From Octopus bimaculoides (lineage: Eukaryota), in assembly GCF_001194135.2 (NCBI RefSeq), contig NC_068981.1, forward strand, positions 126,921,531 to 126,973,245: a stretch of 51,715 bases of DNA, read 5' to 3'. Below the pieces are notes generated by a model. It did not search any database, had not been told where the DNA came from, and saw only the letters and a list, made by a program, of their open reading frames with translations. Within the stretch, counting starts at the first letter, position 1, and each line of letters begins with the position of its first letter. Below are positions 24,761-37,164 of the stretch, piece by piece. Made by a program: the position numbers and the translations under genes.

Positions 24761-25392
24761 TACATGTATAGATTTACTCTGTGCCTTGGTCTCTGTGTGA
24801 GAGCTACATTGCTACATAAAAGTTGAGTTACTGTCAATCAGTTTGGACTGCACATACTTCATCACCACAATGCAGTGGGTTCCCCTCACCATTCTCTGAC
24901 TAAATGATATTACTAAAAGGAGCCTCAATACTACTGGTTTCCAGATGCAACTAGTCTGTTGGAATTGACCATAGCAGTGGTAGGTGTCCAGATGGGTTAA
25001 CTCTTTTCCCCATTCAGTGAAGAAAGTCACTTGTCTGGGCTGCCACATGTTGACACATTCTCCTGTGCTAACCTTGTCACTTCAGCCAGAAACCTGGGAG
25101 CTGCTTGCAGTTCAGAGTATCAGAAGATGGCTACATGCAGTTCATTGATAAACAGATTCTTTCTTGCACTGGCTGTTTTTGAGACCTTTAGTGTCTTTTG
25201 TTCCCAGATTACTTACTGCACTTTCCCATCAAATTGGGATGAAGGTTTGCATCTGAGGAAAGAATCCCACAATGTAGAGTGGTTGATGGAATGAATATTA
25301 TACTCGAGTTGGAGGTTTGGCTAGAAGGTCTCACTCTGCATGGCATTTGACAATATATTTTAAGTGTTTATTTTTGTTTTTTATTTTTTCAG

Positions 25393-25407
25393 TGAGCATA
25401 ATGTCAG
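25393..25407 (+). CDS. 15-nt microexon (xEHNVR), phase 2-2
   Basis: Long U-rich tract then ttttttcAG|TGAGCATAATGTCAG|GTtatt. The terminal AG plus the G of the next exon gives Arg in frame. Confidence 0.6.
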
Positions 25408-25419
25408 GTTATTTTAAGA

Positions 25420-25643
25420 CCATGTTTCTCAACCATTTTTTTGCCAATGGACCCCTTTGATTCCTATTTTATTCTACTGGACTTCCATAGCCATTCAGTA
25501 TAAATAAATCCTACTGTATTTTTATAATGAAATACTATTAGAAATTGTATAAAAAAAATTTTAATATTTTGTGTATTGTAAAAGTATAAACTATTGCACA
25601 TAAATTTTAACAATCTTATATGGACCCCAGTTGAGAACCACTG
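25420..25643. mobile_element. hAT-type MITE, same family as 6122-6411, opposite orientation
   Basis: Ends TGGACCCCAGTTGAGAACCACTG; flanks TTTTAAGA / TTTTAAGT match at 7 of 8 bases (TSD). Confidence 0.75.
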
Positions 25644-25778
25644 TTTTAAGTGTTTAAATGAAATAGCCACAATAGGAATTGAAGTATATCAGAAAGATCA
25701 TCATAAGTACACTCTTTATTTCACTGGTGACCATACTCTGCATATTAATACCAAATTTATCTCTAATGTTCTTTTTAG

Positions 25779-25923
25779 GATGAGTCTTCATGATGAAGAT
25801 GCTTCATTTAGTTACAAAACTTACACTGATCTCCACAATTCATTGACTCCTACAAATGAAGGCCATTCCTCATTTGAAAATAGCATTCAGTCAGTACGTG
25901 AGATGATCCGTCAAAGAGAAAAG
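25779..25923 (+). CDS. Coding exon MSLHDEDASF...SVREMIRQREK, phase 2-0
   Basis: ctttttAG acceptor and AAG|GTAATA donor; lies within ORF 25594-25977. Confidence 0.85.
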
Positions 25924-26724
25924 GTAATATTTTCTTACTTTAAGATCTTTTTTTTTTTTTTTCATTACATTAGGTGACATTTAATCTGTTGTCTGGTTTA
26001 ACACCATTGTCAATCCTTGGGTGCCTTTAGCAGAATTCACTCTATTGCAACTATTTAACCCTTTTGTTACCATATTTCTGTTAAAATACATTGCCTTAGT
26101 TTCAATAAATTTTGAAAATAAATTTACTAAAATCACTTTGTCATTATTAAGGTGGTGTTTGGAGCATAAATTAACATGAAGTTCTGATGGATGGTTTAGT
26201 TTTAGATAATTTTAAAACAGTATATCATAGAATTACGGGTAGTTTCAGATGGGTTGGTATCAAAAGGGTTCGATAACTTCCTTTCTCTCCACCAGTCTCA
26301 AAAACCTTGTAAAATAAAGGATCATAGAGGTTTACATTCCCTCCATGACAAGTATTACAAAAATATATCACTAGACATTGCTATTCATCTGAGTAATGTA
26401 GAAAATGTATTTTCTGATCATGACACAAAATTTAACAAAAGTACTTTAATGTGTGTGTTAATGAGAGGGCGATGGATTAGCAGAATGATTAGACTATTTG
26501 TTCCTACCCTGTACATTCTAAGTTCAAACTCTGCCTAGGTTAACTTTGCTTTTCTTTCTTCCAAGACTGATAAAATGAAATACCAATCCAGTGCAAAGTT
26601 GATTTTATTACTCCTATCTACATACAAAAGTTCTGATCTTGTATTTATGTTAGAAATTGTGTATATTTAGTGACTGCTCATTATCGGAAGCAGGAAAGTG
26701 CTAAACTGACTTTTACAGACATGG

Positions 26725-27130
26725 GTGTATTGTTGAGAAGTTTGCCCCCCCAACTATATGATTTCAGGTTCAGTCCTGCTGCATGACATTTTAAGCAAGT
26801 GTTTTCTACTATAGCCTTGTACATATCATAGCCCTGTGAGTGGATTTGGTAAATGGCAACTGAAAGAAGACCATGGTATATATGCATGCATCTGGATATT
26901 GGTATACATGCATATGTAGATGTGTGTGTGTGTACATACACACGGCAGCATTTAATGTTAGTTTTCCATGTTGGCATGGGTTGGGCAGCATGACAGAAGC
27001 TGGCAAGGTCAGGGGCCACACTAGGTTCCATAGTCTGTTTTGGCTTTGTTCTATAGCTGGATGTCCTTCCTAATGTCAACCACTCCAGTGTACTGGGTGC
27101 TTTTTACATGGCATCAGCACTTACACCAGC
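26725..27130. mobile_element. CORE-like SINE (+) followed by a SINE-tail fragment (-)
   Basis: AAGCAAGTGTTTTCTACTATAGCC and GTGAGTGGATTTGGTA, then GCTGGATGTCCTTCCTAATG. Confidence 0.7.
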
Positions 27131-27402
27131 ATTTTCTATGTAGCACCTTGGATCTCAATTCTGTTTTGTGTGTGTGTGAGAGACAGACAGACAGACAGAC
27201 AGACAGAGATAGACATCTCCTTATGATATTGTGCAGTATTTGTAAGTAGTATTACCTTTCCTGAAAATAGATGAGGGTTGGCAATAAGAAAGGCACCCTG
27301 GCATAGAATATCTGCTTCAACAAATCCCTTCTGATTCATGCAATCATTGAAGAATGTCAAAACAATGGTGATTCAGCTATACATCATTTATATTTTTATT
27401 GA

Positions 27403-27560
27403 CAGGCACAGGCATGGCTGTGTGGTTAAGAAGCTTGCTTTCCAGCTACATTGTTTCTGGTTCGGTCCCACTGCATGGCACCTTGGCCAAGTGTCTTCTG
27501 CTATAGCCCCAGGCCAACCAAAGCTTTGTAATTGAATTTGGTAGGTGAAAGTTACTGCCG
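27403..27560 (+). mobile_element. CORE-like SINE
   Basis: GGCATGGCTGTGTGGTTAAGAAG head and GGCACCTTGGCCAAGTGTCTTCTG core. Confidence 0.8.
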
Positions 27561-28159
27561 AGTGTGTGTGTGTGTGTAAGTGCTTGTGCCTCCTAACAGA
27601 GAAGGACTTCAAACCTTTCTTGGAAGGTACTCGTTTTACTTTATTTAAACAATTTGGAATTATCACTTATAGAAATCATATTTGAGATAGCTTTTTCAAA
27701 TGAGTCATTAATTTAGAAGCTACTCATCATTATGTATTTTAACATCTAGTGTTCCATACTTGTATGGGTCAGACAGAATTTAAGGCAAATTTTCTATGGC
27801 TGGATGCCCTTCCTGTCACCAGCCATCACCTGTTTCCACACAAAGTAATGTTTCTCTATGACCAGACATGCTTCCATGGAAAATTGTCACCAGAGACTGC
27901 TTGTATGATAATGACACAACTATTTCATGATGTTGAGATGACAAAATGCATACCCCCACACATGCATAGTGTTTCCATAATCAATAGTACCATGTACACT
28001 GGACTTACAATAGCTGATGACTTGTAATGATCATTGAATTGTTGATTCAGAAACTTAAAGTCCAAAATGCAAGTCTCTATGCTTGTATCATTCAATAATA
28101 GTTCTGTTTCCGATATGAGGTCTGTCTCTTTTGTTATCACTTGTGGTTTATCATACACA

Positions 28160-28300
28160 CGCACGCACGCAGTTGCCATCTACCAAAGGCTTTAGTTAGG
28201 CCAAGGCTATAGTAGAAGATTCTTGCCCAAGGTATACACACAGTGGGACTTAACTGGAAACTATGTGGTTGGAAATCAAACTTCTTACTATGTCTGTGCC
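28160..28300 (-). mobile_element. CORE-like SINE
   Basis: TAGTAGAAGATTCTTGCCCAAGGT...CAGTGGGACT is the reverse of the core motif. Confidence 0.7.
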
Positions 28301-29851
28301 TTAATCTACAATGTATATGGAGCTAGGAATTAAGTGTGGGGGGGGGTTTCTTTCATCAGTCATAAATTTTAGCTTTGTGTAATCCTTTTTTTTTTTTACT
28401 CGAGTACTGGGAGGAGTCCCATAATGCATTGCATCTAATGTAGATTAGGATAAACCAGTCATGAAGGACCTCTCTTTATGAGTAACCTTGAACTCAACAC
28501 TGCAAACAAATGAAAGTCATTGATACAATTAAGTGTTTGATTGGACCTGATCAGGCAAACCTATGTTAAAGCAGTCTAACCATGACCCTCCTGTACATTA
28601 TCCAGTGTATCTTTTCTATTTTTAATGGAGATTTGGACTCTGTTATTTTTAGCAAATTGGTATTGCATAGATGCTGCCTTGTTACTTAGTAATTACTTCA
28701 ATACATTGTGGTACCTCTTTATAGGTATGTGAACTGACTTTGAGATATAGTTACCAACAGCAAGGTTCTATACAAGCCAAGACATGAACTGAGACTGCAG
28801 TTGGTAGTCTGACATACTATCTGCTTGATAACCTGTGAATATCTGTAATAAACAAAGATTAAGGGCAGTAGAGTGGCAAAAATTGTAGTGTGTTGGATTA
28901 AATGTCTTCAATCAAACACAAGTGTTTACAGCTCAACTGTCATTTTTTGACAAATTCAGCTGACAATAATTAGTCTTTCAAAATTTGCTGTCTAATAAAC
29001 AACAATCAGATTCACAATTCCTTGTTTTGAGGACTCAAGAAATAAGATCTGGTATAAGCACAAAATACTACTACTAATACAAATACCTTGTGTTTGCATA
29101 TCCTTTGTTTTTAGTTCAGATCCCTCTAAAGCAGTGGTTCTTAATTTTGAGAGTTCATAAGGTGGATGTGGGAGACGTTGGATGCTCAGAGGAGTTGTGA
29201 TTTTTCTTATTGTTTCAACATCCATTTTTCCATGCTTGTATGGGCCAGACAATTTGAGACAAATTTTCTGTACCTGGATGCTCTTACTGTCACTAACACT
29301 CACCTGTTTACAAGCAAAATAAAATATGCTTCAGAAAGAAAAAAAAAACTTCCTAGGGATTAAAATAATGAATGAACAGAATTTATGAAACACCAAATTC
29401 CAGTACAAGCCTTTGCCTTTTAGTAATTTTCTGAAAAATGTTAAGTCGGGAAGTACTAGTCTATAGAAATATCTTAAAAGGAGAACATGCAAGATGGCAG
29501 ACTACAAGAAAATTAGCTTCTGTTTGATTAAAATATCTTACCTTTTCTATGCTAAGCATGAGGAAAGGGTGTTTGTAAATATGATTCAGTGAAAGAGCAC
29601 ACTGAGCTACATAAGGTTGAGAACCACAGCTGTGAAAGATGATGTTAAAATAATGCTTATGTACTAATGTCAATTAAATTACTTTACTTCCTTCCCGAAA
29701 TGTATGGTTTTGTGCCACTGCTAGAAATCAATAATAAGGCTATGTATTTGCGAAGCATATATTAAATGAGTACTGTTTCAGTTTGTTGATTCATTTTGCT
29801 CTTGTTATTTTTTAACTTTCTATTTTTATTTTACTTTTTGTTATTTATAAG

Positions 29852-30535
29852 CTGAATAAAAGTGTTAACACTTCAAGCACCAAGAAAATAATGCAGTCAC
29901 CAACAGATAACGAATCTCCTGAAGAATCTGTCACCGATGTAAAAGATAAAGTGAAATCCATGGTGCAACAATTTGAATCAAAGATATGTCAAAGTCTTTC
30001 ATCTAAATTGAACGGCATTGATTTTACGAGTAATTCAGATTGTAATATTGGTCATCAATACAGTTTGTGTTTCACCACTCCTTTGTTTCAAAGCAAAGAG
30101 GAGACAATGGCAAACTGTAGTCAAGAATCAATGACTTTTAAAACACCAAACAATTTGGAAAAGTATCCAGTGAATACTTCCCATAATGAATATGAATCAC
30201 AGTTTGACACAAAGAAATCCATAGACTGGAATGTGAGCAATCCTGATTTAGGATTCTGTACATTTACAAAATATGTCAAGCAAGATAATCCAACAGCTTC
30301 TACTCGCTATAGTTTAATAAATCACCAAACATTTAATGAATGGATGCCGTTCAGCAATCAAACAAAAGATATTACCATGTCCACACCTGTACCTGGCCTT
30401 ATTATTACAAACTCTAATGTTAACACCACTATTGTTCAGCTTTATCCAGAAAATTTGAATTCATCAGTTTCTGAAATGAAAGAAAGCTTCCACAAACTCT
30501 TGGAGCACACTAGAACAGAAACTAAAAATGATGAA
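29852..30535 (+). CDS. Large coding exon (228 codons) LNKSVNTSS...RTETKNDE, phase 0-0
   Basis: U-rich tract with ataAG acceptor and GAA|GTAAGT donor; covers most of ORF 29891-30613. Confidence 0.9.
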
Positions 30536-31006
30536 GTAAGTAAAGAGGAGTTTCTTGACCTTTTTTGTTTTGATATTAAAATTTTCACAGATCCAGGTGT
30601 TAATCTTGTCTAACTGAATCACTTGAATCACTTAATTATTGCCTAATAATGGGATTGAAATTTATCTAGAAAACAGAGGTAAGCTAATTACATTGTAATA
30701 TTTAGTTTTGTCTCCAAATTTTGATGTTGCCTTTTAGCTGGTTCAATATATTAACCCTCTAGTATCTAAATTGTCCCTCTCTGAATGGGATATAGTATTG
30801 AGGGATGTAACCATTGGTGAAGCAACTGCAAAGCTGTTGCTCTTTGAATGAAGTTTCTTGTGATATTTGTTCTGCTTTGAGTTCTCCACTCACTTGTTAC
30901 TCTCTATAATAAATTGTGTTAATTATTGGCCCTTTAGCAGCCTGTAAGCAATGATTGCGTTATATAATTAAAAAAAATAATCCTAATATGTATATATTAT
31001 TTTCAG

Positions 31007-31272
31007 TGCAATGGTAATAAAACTGTACATGATGAAATGGCCGACTCCTTCCAATTATTTCAACTTGATAACCAATTTAATTGTGCTGTTTCTGAAACTT
31101 CTACGCATAGAGAATTTTCTGATGCAAGTTATATAGTTCCTGTCAAGACTCAAGAACAACATACCAACTTTAATCAATCTGCTACACAAACAGCTGAAAT
31201 ACAAACCAAGAGTGAAGAGGAAATCCTGAAGAGGTCTTCAGTTGATAACCTAATCACTGCATTTTCATATGG
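31007..31272 (+). CDS. Coding exon CNGNKTVHDEM...LITAFSY(G), phase 0-2
   Basis: ttttcAG acceptor and GG|GTAATT donor; overlaps ORF 31037-31276. Confidence 0.88.
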
Positions 31273-31851
31273 GTAATTTGAACATTTATTTTTTTTTATG
31301 TGTGGGGCTAGTTGTCAGTGGTGAAGCTAGAGTGTGCTGCCTGTGACAGTCTTTGATTGTTCCCACCCTGCAGCCTATATAGGCTTATACAGTAGACCCA
31401 AAAAATGCCATCCCCATAAGTGTTGCCTTGAGTGAACTGCCCCCTTGCTTACCATCCAACACAGCTATTCTTCTGCTGACTATAGGAAATACAGAGTTCA
31501 TTTGGTTGGAACTTTCAAAATCTATAGATTAAAAACCAATGAAAGGGTGTAGTAAGTAAAGTTACCTCCACATGAATTGGTATATACATAACAGGAAGCT
31601 GCAAACTAAATTGTATTCCTTTCTCCTGTTTTTTCCTTATCTTGCAAATTACTTGGTGACCTACTGATGCTGCTAGCATGAAAAAAAGCACAGTGCACAC
31701 TGTAAAGTGGTTGACATGAGGAAGGGCATCCATCCATAGAAACCGTACTAAAGCTGAGAATGGAGCTCGACACAAACTTGGGGTTCACCATATCCTGTCA
31801 AATGAATAAAAAAATTTTTGTTATTAATGTCCTTTTTTTTTTCTTTTTTAG

Positions 31852-31942
31852 TCAAGATGCTGATGCTAAGAGAGTTCCAACTCTTAGTGATTATTTTAGC
31901 CTCGATGTTTCACCTATAAGTCCAGAACATAATCCTTCAAAA
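31852..31942 (+). CDS. Coding exon QDADAKRVPTLSDYFSLDVSPISPEHNPSK, phase 2-0
   Basis: Strong poly-T tract with tttAG acceptor and AAA|GTAAGG donor. Confidence 0.9.
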
Positions 31943-32014
31943 GTAAGGTTTTGTATATGTTTTAGCCTTTATTAAATCTAGATCATTTATGTTTAATATT
32001 TATCCCCTAATAAG

Positions 32015-32200
32015 AACATGGATGTTCTTATTAGAACAATCTTTACAGCAGTAGTTGCCATGAGAAAAACTCTCATATTGGCTTTTTAGTGCCAAAATGC
32101 ACTCTTGATATAAACAAGTGTGCACCAAAACGTTAGTATGAGAGATTCTCTCGTGGCAACTACCACAGTAAAGATTGTTCTAATAAGAACATCCATGTTT
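32015..32200. mobile_element. Palindromic MITE-like hairpin (about 186 bp)
   Basis: AACATGGATGTTCTTATTAGAACAATCTTTAC...GTGC is mirrored by GCAC...GTAAAGATTGTTCTAATAAGAACATCCATGTT. Confidence 0.85.
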
Positions 32201-32769
32201 AAGTGTGGATAAACATTACCTCATTAATACTGCCTCTGTTGCTAATATATACTTGTTTAACTCTTATCTGATGCATTGATTTACATTTCATGGGTACTGA
32301 AATGAGATGTTTGAACATTGTTATTCAGCCACTTCCTAGTTAGACCTTATCAAGCAGACTTCTGATCAAGGTCTGCTTAGTTTATAGGCTTACCCATCCT
32401 TTAACATATTAGGGAGTACATTATCCAATTGTCATTCCTAGCAGATCAAGTAACCATGTAAAAGCTGCATCATTGGCTTGAATATGAAGCATATTATCTA
32501 ATGTATCCTTCTCTTATTTAAGATGCTAGTGTGAATTGAGAATTGGCTACTACTTCTAGCAGACTAAGTAACCATGTAGAGGCTGATTCACTGTCTTGCA
32601 TATGAAGCTGAATAGTATTTTGACATAAAAGCTGTATATTTGAATTATATAATGTTTTGAGACAAACTGCAGCTCTGTAAATTAGGCCAAACATATTGTA
32701 AATTGACTTGACCAAAATTCAAACCTACGGTTGGAGTTTTTTTATTTTGTTTTTGTTTTTTTGTTTTTT

Positions 32770-33350
32770 TTCCTTTTGCTAATTAGTTGGAAGGATGTTT
32801 TATATTTAGAGTGTCTCTCAAGATTGAGGAGGCTGATGCAATTGTTGTTCAACTTGAATTACTTGTATGTTAATATCCATTGAGATGTGAGCAGAAAAAG
32901 TATTTCAGAAGAATGGCTGCATTTTCAGGAATTAGTCAGATAAAGTGCTTAGAGTATGATTTGAGGATAGGATACCACGAAAGAGGGTTGACCATTGGAA
33001 AGGCAAGTGCATGGAAAGGATTGGGTGGAAATGATATACACAGCTTACTTCTTCAGAAGAGCAGATGTGACTGTAATAATTGTAGATGAGATAGAGAAGG
33101 CACTGTATATTCATGAACCACCAGCTGTAATGTGCAGTGTAATGGTCTTTTATTTTTTTATTGGTTGGGAGATAGTGTGTAGTAAGAAGTTTAACATCTG
33201 TCACTTTGTAGAGATTCAGAAATTGATCAGAATAGAAGTGTGTTCTGATTTTGAAGTGAAGCATAGTTTTGATGATGCAGTTTTGGCAGTGTTGTTTCTC
33301 TTAAATAGTTGCTTGTTGATAGCAGACAAGAGATGGTCATTGCTTTAGGA
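32770..33350 (-). mobile_element. CR1/L2-type LINE ORF2 3' remnant
   Basis: ORF 32932-33264 contains LYLIYNYYSHICSSEEV, resembling the LFYRYYxGxCSxEL motif at the end of CR1-like ORF2. Confidence 0.55.
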
Positions 33351-33612
33351 AGAAAGGACTGAGAATAATGGTTAGTGCTTCTATAATCAACAATGAAATG
33401 GGCTTTTTTTTAAATGTCAGTCTTTTTTGTTTTGAAATGGAACTGTTTTGATTAATAAGAAATATTCTGTTCATTTTGAAAGTCTTGTTTTCACAGCTAT
33501 ACACTATTTTTATTAAAAATTCTTGTGTAAAAAAAAGTTAGATATTTTGCTCCTTTTTAAAAATTTCACAGTAATGTTATATTCAAGATTAATTTTCTTT
33601 TTTTTTTTCCAG

Positions 33613-33693
33613 AATGTTCATAAAAATTGCATTTCTTCAAAATGGATTGTTACAGAACTTAACTGTATTTGCCCTGAATTACAAATAGATTAT
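33613..33693 (+). CDS. Coding exon NVHKNCISSKWIVTELNCICPELQIDY, phase 0-0
   Basis: ttttttccAG acceptor and TAT|GTAAGG donor. Confidence 0.85.
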
Positions 33694-34295
33694 GTAAGGT
33701 CTTCTTTTTGTTCCATACAAATCACTGACTGTAAGATTTAAACAGAAGCTAATATTTTGTACATTTAAAAGTTAATTTGATATCAGTGCATTTAGCCCAT
33801 GTGTTCATACACTAACATACCATACCATATCATAACAAAACCAAATCTTTTAACTGATAACCAAGCCTTTCAGTTCCTAACAGGCTTCAGACACTAGTTT
33901 ATTGTTAAGCCGTGTCTCTTTCTTTGTCTTTTCTAACAATACTACAATGGTTTCTGGTCTTTAATTCAATACAATGCTCACTGGCACATATTTGTATCTT
34001 CTAAAACATTAAGCTCATGAGATTTTCCCTATACCTCCAGTAGAGAAAGGTACATAGCCTGGCCAGTGTCCCCCACCCTTTTTTTTTTGTATAACTAATA
34101 TTGAGTCTGTCGAGTGAATGTTTCAGGCTGAAGAAATTTCCCAAATATAAAGCAATCTCTTAGATCATTGCTTTACTAAGGGGTTTGATAGCTACACTAC
34201 ATTTTTAAAGCTGACATAGTATTAAGCGTGAATTCATGAATAATCCTTACTTATTGCTAATTAAGCTAAGACAATCTTTTTTTTTATTCAAATAG

Positions 34296-34379
34296 GATCC
34301 TAATGAAAAGTCTGCTATATTAAAACTGATGAAGGCATTTGATGATCTCAAAAGACTTGTGTCTTCTCTCAAGGATGAT
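34296..34379 (+). CDS. Coding exon DPNEKSAILKLMKAFDDLKRLVSSLKDD, phase 0-0
   Basis: Poly-T tract with aatAG acceptor and GAT|GTAAGT donor; amphipathic helical pattern. Confidence 0.88.
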
Positions 34380-34759
34380 GTAAGTTATCTTTGGTTTCTT
34401 CAGTAGGTCATGTTTCAAACAAACTTACAGCAAAGCTGTGTGTTAGTGGTGTCAGTGGTGTCAGACGTGGCATGCAACCATCCTATAACTTGTTTGACAT
34501 TGCAGTTTTATTCTTTTCTGTTTTAGTTTGACATACAAATTACATTTTTATTCATCTCTTCCATTTTACGAATTCAGTGCGCACATGTGCATTGCATGTT
34601 CATACGTCTCTTTTTAGTTCCTACTCCAAAATGTTTAGATCATACACCTTATGAACACACAATCATGAGGACAATTTTATGCTGTGATGGTTGTGAAAAA
34701 GAAATGTTGTGATAATATAATTAATATTGTTCTCATATTTCTTTATCATCACTATTTAT

Positions 34760-35130
34760 GTTTATTTTCCCCATTATTGCATGAATTTGATGGATCTTTT
34801 CCAGAACAGCACTTTATCACTTGTGGCAGTCCTTTGTCATCACCTTCATGAAGTTCTTGAGATTAACCTTCACTACTTCTTCTCATGTTCTTCCTTGGTC
34901 ATAATTTGCTTTCACATGCCTCACTTGGCACTTAACCAAACCACCATCCTCTATAGACACCAGTTTTCTCTCTTTGCTCGGAACAAGGAATTCCCCTTTT
35001 GTTAGTTCACTGTGCTTTCATATCTAGTGCAGCATGCTAATCTTACTTCTTTCCAGTTCTCACTGATCTTCTGTATTGAATGACCAGTATTTCACTACCA
35101 TTCACTATCATTTTATGCACTGACAAGAAG
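34760..35130 (-). mobile_element. RTE LINE 3' remnant
   Basis: Reverse strand GGTAGTGAAATACTGG...GAAAGAAGTAAGATTAGCATGCTGCAC is homologous to 1100-1500. Confidence 0.6.
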
Positions 35131-35744
35131 GGCATCAAATCATAGAAAATTTCAACAAATTCTGCCTTACAACAAATTCTGCAAGCATGGAGTTATTATG
35201 AAAAGCTGCTATGGCATGTCGGATAGATCCAACAATTGATAATCTGTTTTGGAGATCACCTCGTTGTTCTTTAACCCAGAAGGATAAGTAGTTCTCCTGT
35301 CAAGTGGTTATGGTGAAAGAGGTTGTATAATGGACAAAGCTGAGGGGATGGAAGATTTCATCAAATTTTTCAAGTTCCACTTAGAAAAGAAACTGAAGGT
35401 GAAGAGGTAGATGCTATCATCTGATAAATTTGTTAAACAATGGGTGATTGGTGAAAATAGTGAATGGGTCTACTTGCAGCATAAACCTGTATGTTGGAAA
35501 ATGACAGCTGGGAGACTGACAATTGAGACTGCTCCAGGTGGTCAAGGTGATCTTACATCCATGATGTTTTTTATTTACTCAAGTTGAGGTCCTATGAGAG
35601 GACTATTTGTCAGCTCTGTATGCTTTTTATCTAATTTGTTTTTTTTCTTGTTGAATTCTTGTGTAAACTTTCACACTTTATGTAACCTATCTTTGTAATG
35701 TCTCCTTCATCTGATGCCACTGTGGCAAATAAACATTTTTACAG

Positions 35745-35879
35745 GGGAAAAATACAGCAGAGCTTTTTGAGGAAAATAAAACAGAAATGAAGATCATTTG
35801 GAAGCATATGAAAGAATTACAAGCTAAATATAGCAGACTTCATTCCCAGTCCATTAAAGATAATTTAAAACTTGTTGAG
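35745..35879 (+). CDS. Coding exon GKNTAELFEENK...KDNLKLVE, phase 0-0
   Basis: tttttacAG acceptor and GAG|GTCAGT donor; overlaps ORF 35787-35969. Confidence 0.87.
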
Positions 35880-36319
35880 GTCAGTTTTACCAAGATTTAT
35901 ATTTATCTATTAATGTATAAACAAAACCATTTTTTATATATAAACAAAACCATTTTTTCACCTGGTTAAGATACAAATAAATATTTTCCACTCAGTGTTT
36001 ATTAAAGTTTACAAGTTTTATTTGCTAGGGGACTTTAATTTGGTCTACTCTTCAACATAATCATCCTTTCTCTACAAGTGTCCAGCAAATGTCATCCTGA
36101 ACATTAACATTCACAAAATTTAATAAATTTCTGTGCCATGAAGATGACTCTTAATGTTCAGGGCTTACAAAGAAAATGTTTTTCTTAGCTCAAGTAACTC
36201 CTCTGTAGTAAGACAGCTATCCCTGTCCCTCTATCATACTCCAACTGCTCACCTGGCACATGGCCACTTCTCTCTGGTCCACTCCTTCTCTCAGCTGAGA
36301 AGTCTTTGTCTTGCAAGCT

Positions 36320-36510
36320 ACTTAGCAACCCAGCAGGTGCTGGTGCCATGTAAGAGGCACCCAATATACTCTTTAAAACAGTTGGTGTTAGGAAGAGCAT
36401 CCAGTCATAGAAACCTTGCCAAAACAAAGTTAGAGCCTGTTTGCTGCTCTCTGGCTTGCCAGCTCCTGTCAAACCAGCCAACCCATGTCAGCATGGATAA
36501 ATGATGATAA
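36320..36510 (+). mobile_element. SINE tail ending in GATGAT
   Basis: GTTGGTGTTAGGAAGAGCATCCAG...CAACCCATGTCAGCATGGA. Confidence 0.75.
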
Positions 36511-37164
36511 AGATAGAATGACCTCGCTTGGAAGTTGTAGATTTAACTGTTCATGTGACACAACACATACATTTGTTAAATATTCAATTTTAAAAAATTC
36601 TCATTTTAACAAAACAAATTTACCAATTTTGCTTTAACACTAATATTTGTCTATTTTCTCTCTCTTCATTATTTGCCTCGTATTTTAGGAATGACTGCTT
36701 TTTACTTATCATAAACCAATTCTCACTGACCTGGAATCATATTATTTTCCTGACTATCCTGGTTAAAGTACTCTTATAGAAACTTAGTTTTCTAAATTTA
36801 TTCAACTAATATTTCCCAACAAATACTACTGTTGTCGCAATTTATAATTTCAGTTAGATTAGTCAGTCAAAATAGAAACTATATTTAGAAACTATAACAA
36901 GTCATTTGCTGAAAATTCATTTCCTTAATTTATCTGGTGGTTCTCGCTCCAGTCTAAGTTGAGTATTTTTCATCTCTATTTATATACTTGGGTTGATTCA
37001 CTGAAATAAATAACCCTTCCTTGTATTACTTCATTCCTAGCAATAACATTTGTTAATTGCCTTCCTTTAATTGTAGTTGTTTCATATGAAAATTTTTTCA
37101 TCATCCACAAAACCTTGGACTAACCAATACCTTATGAGTGAATTGTAGAGGGGATATATATAAA

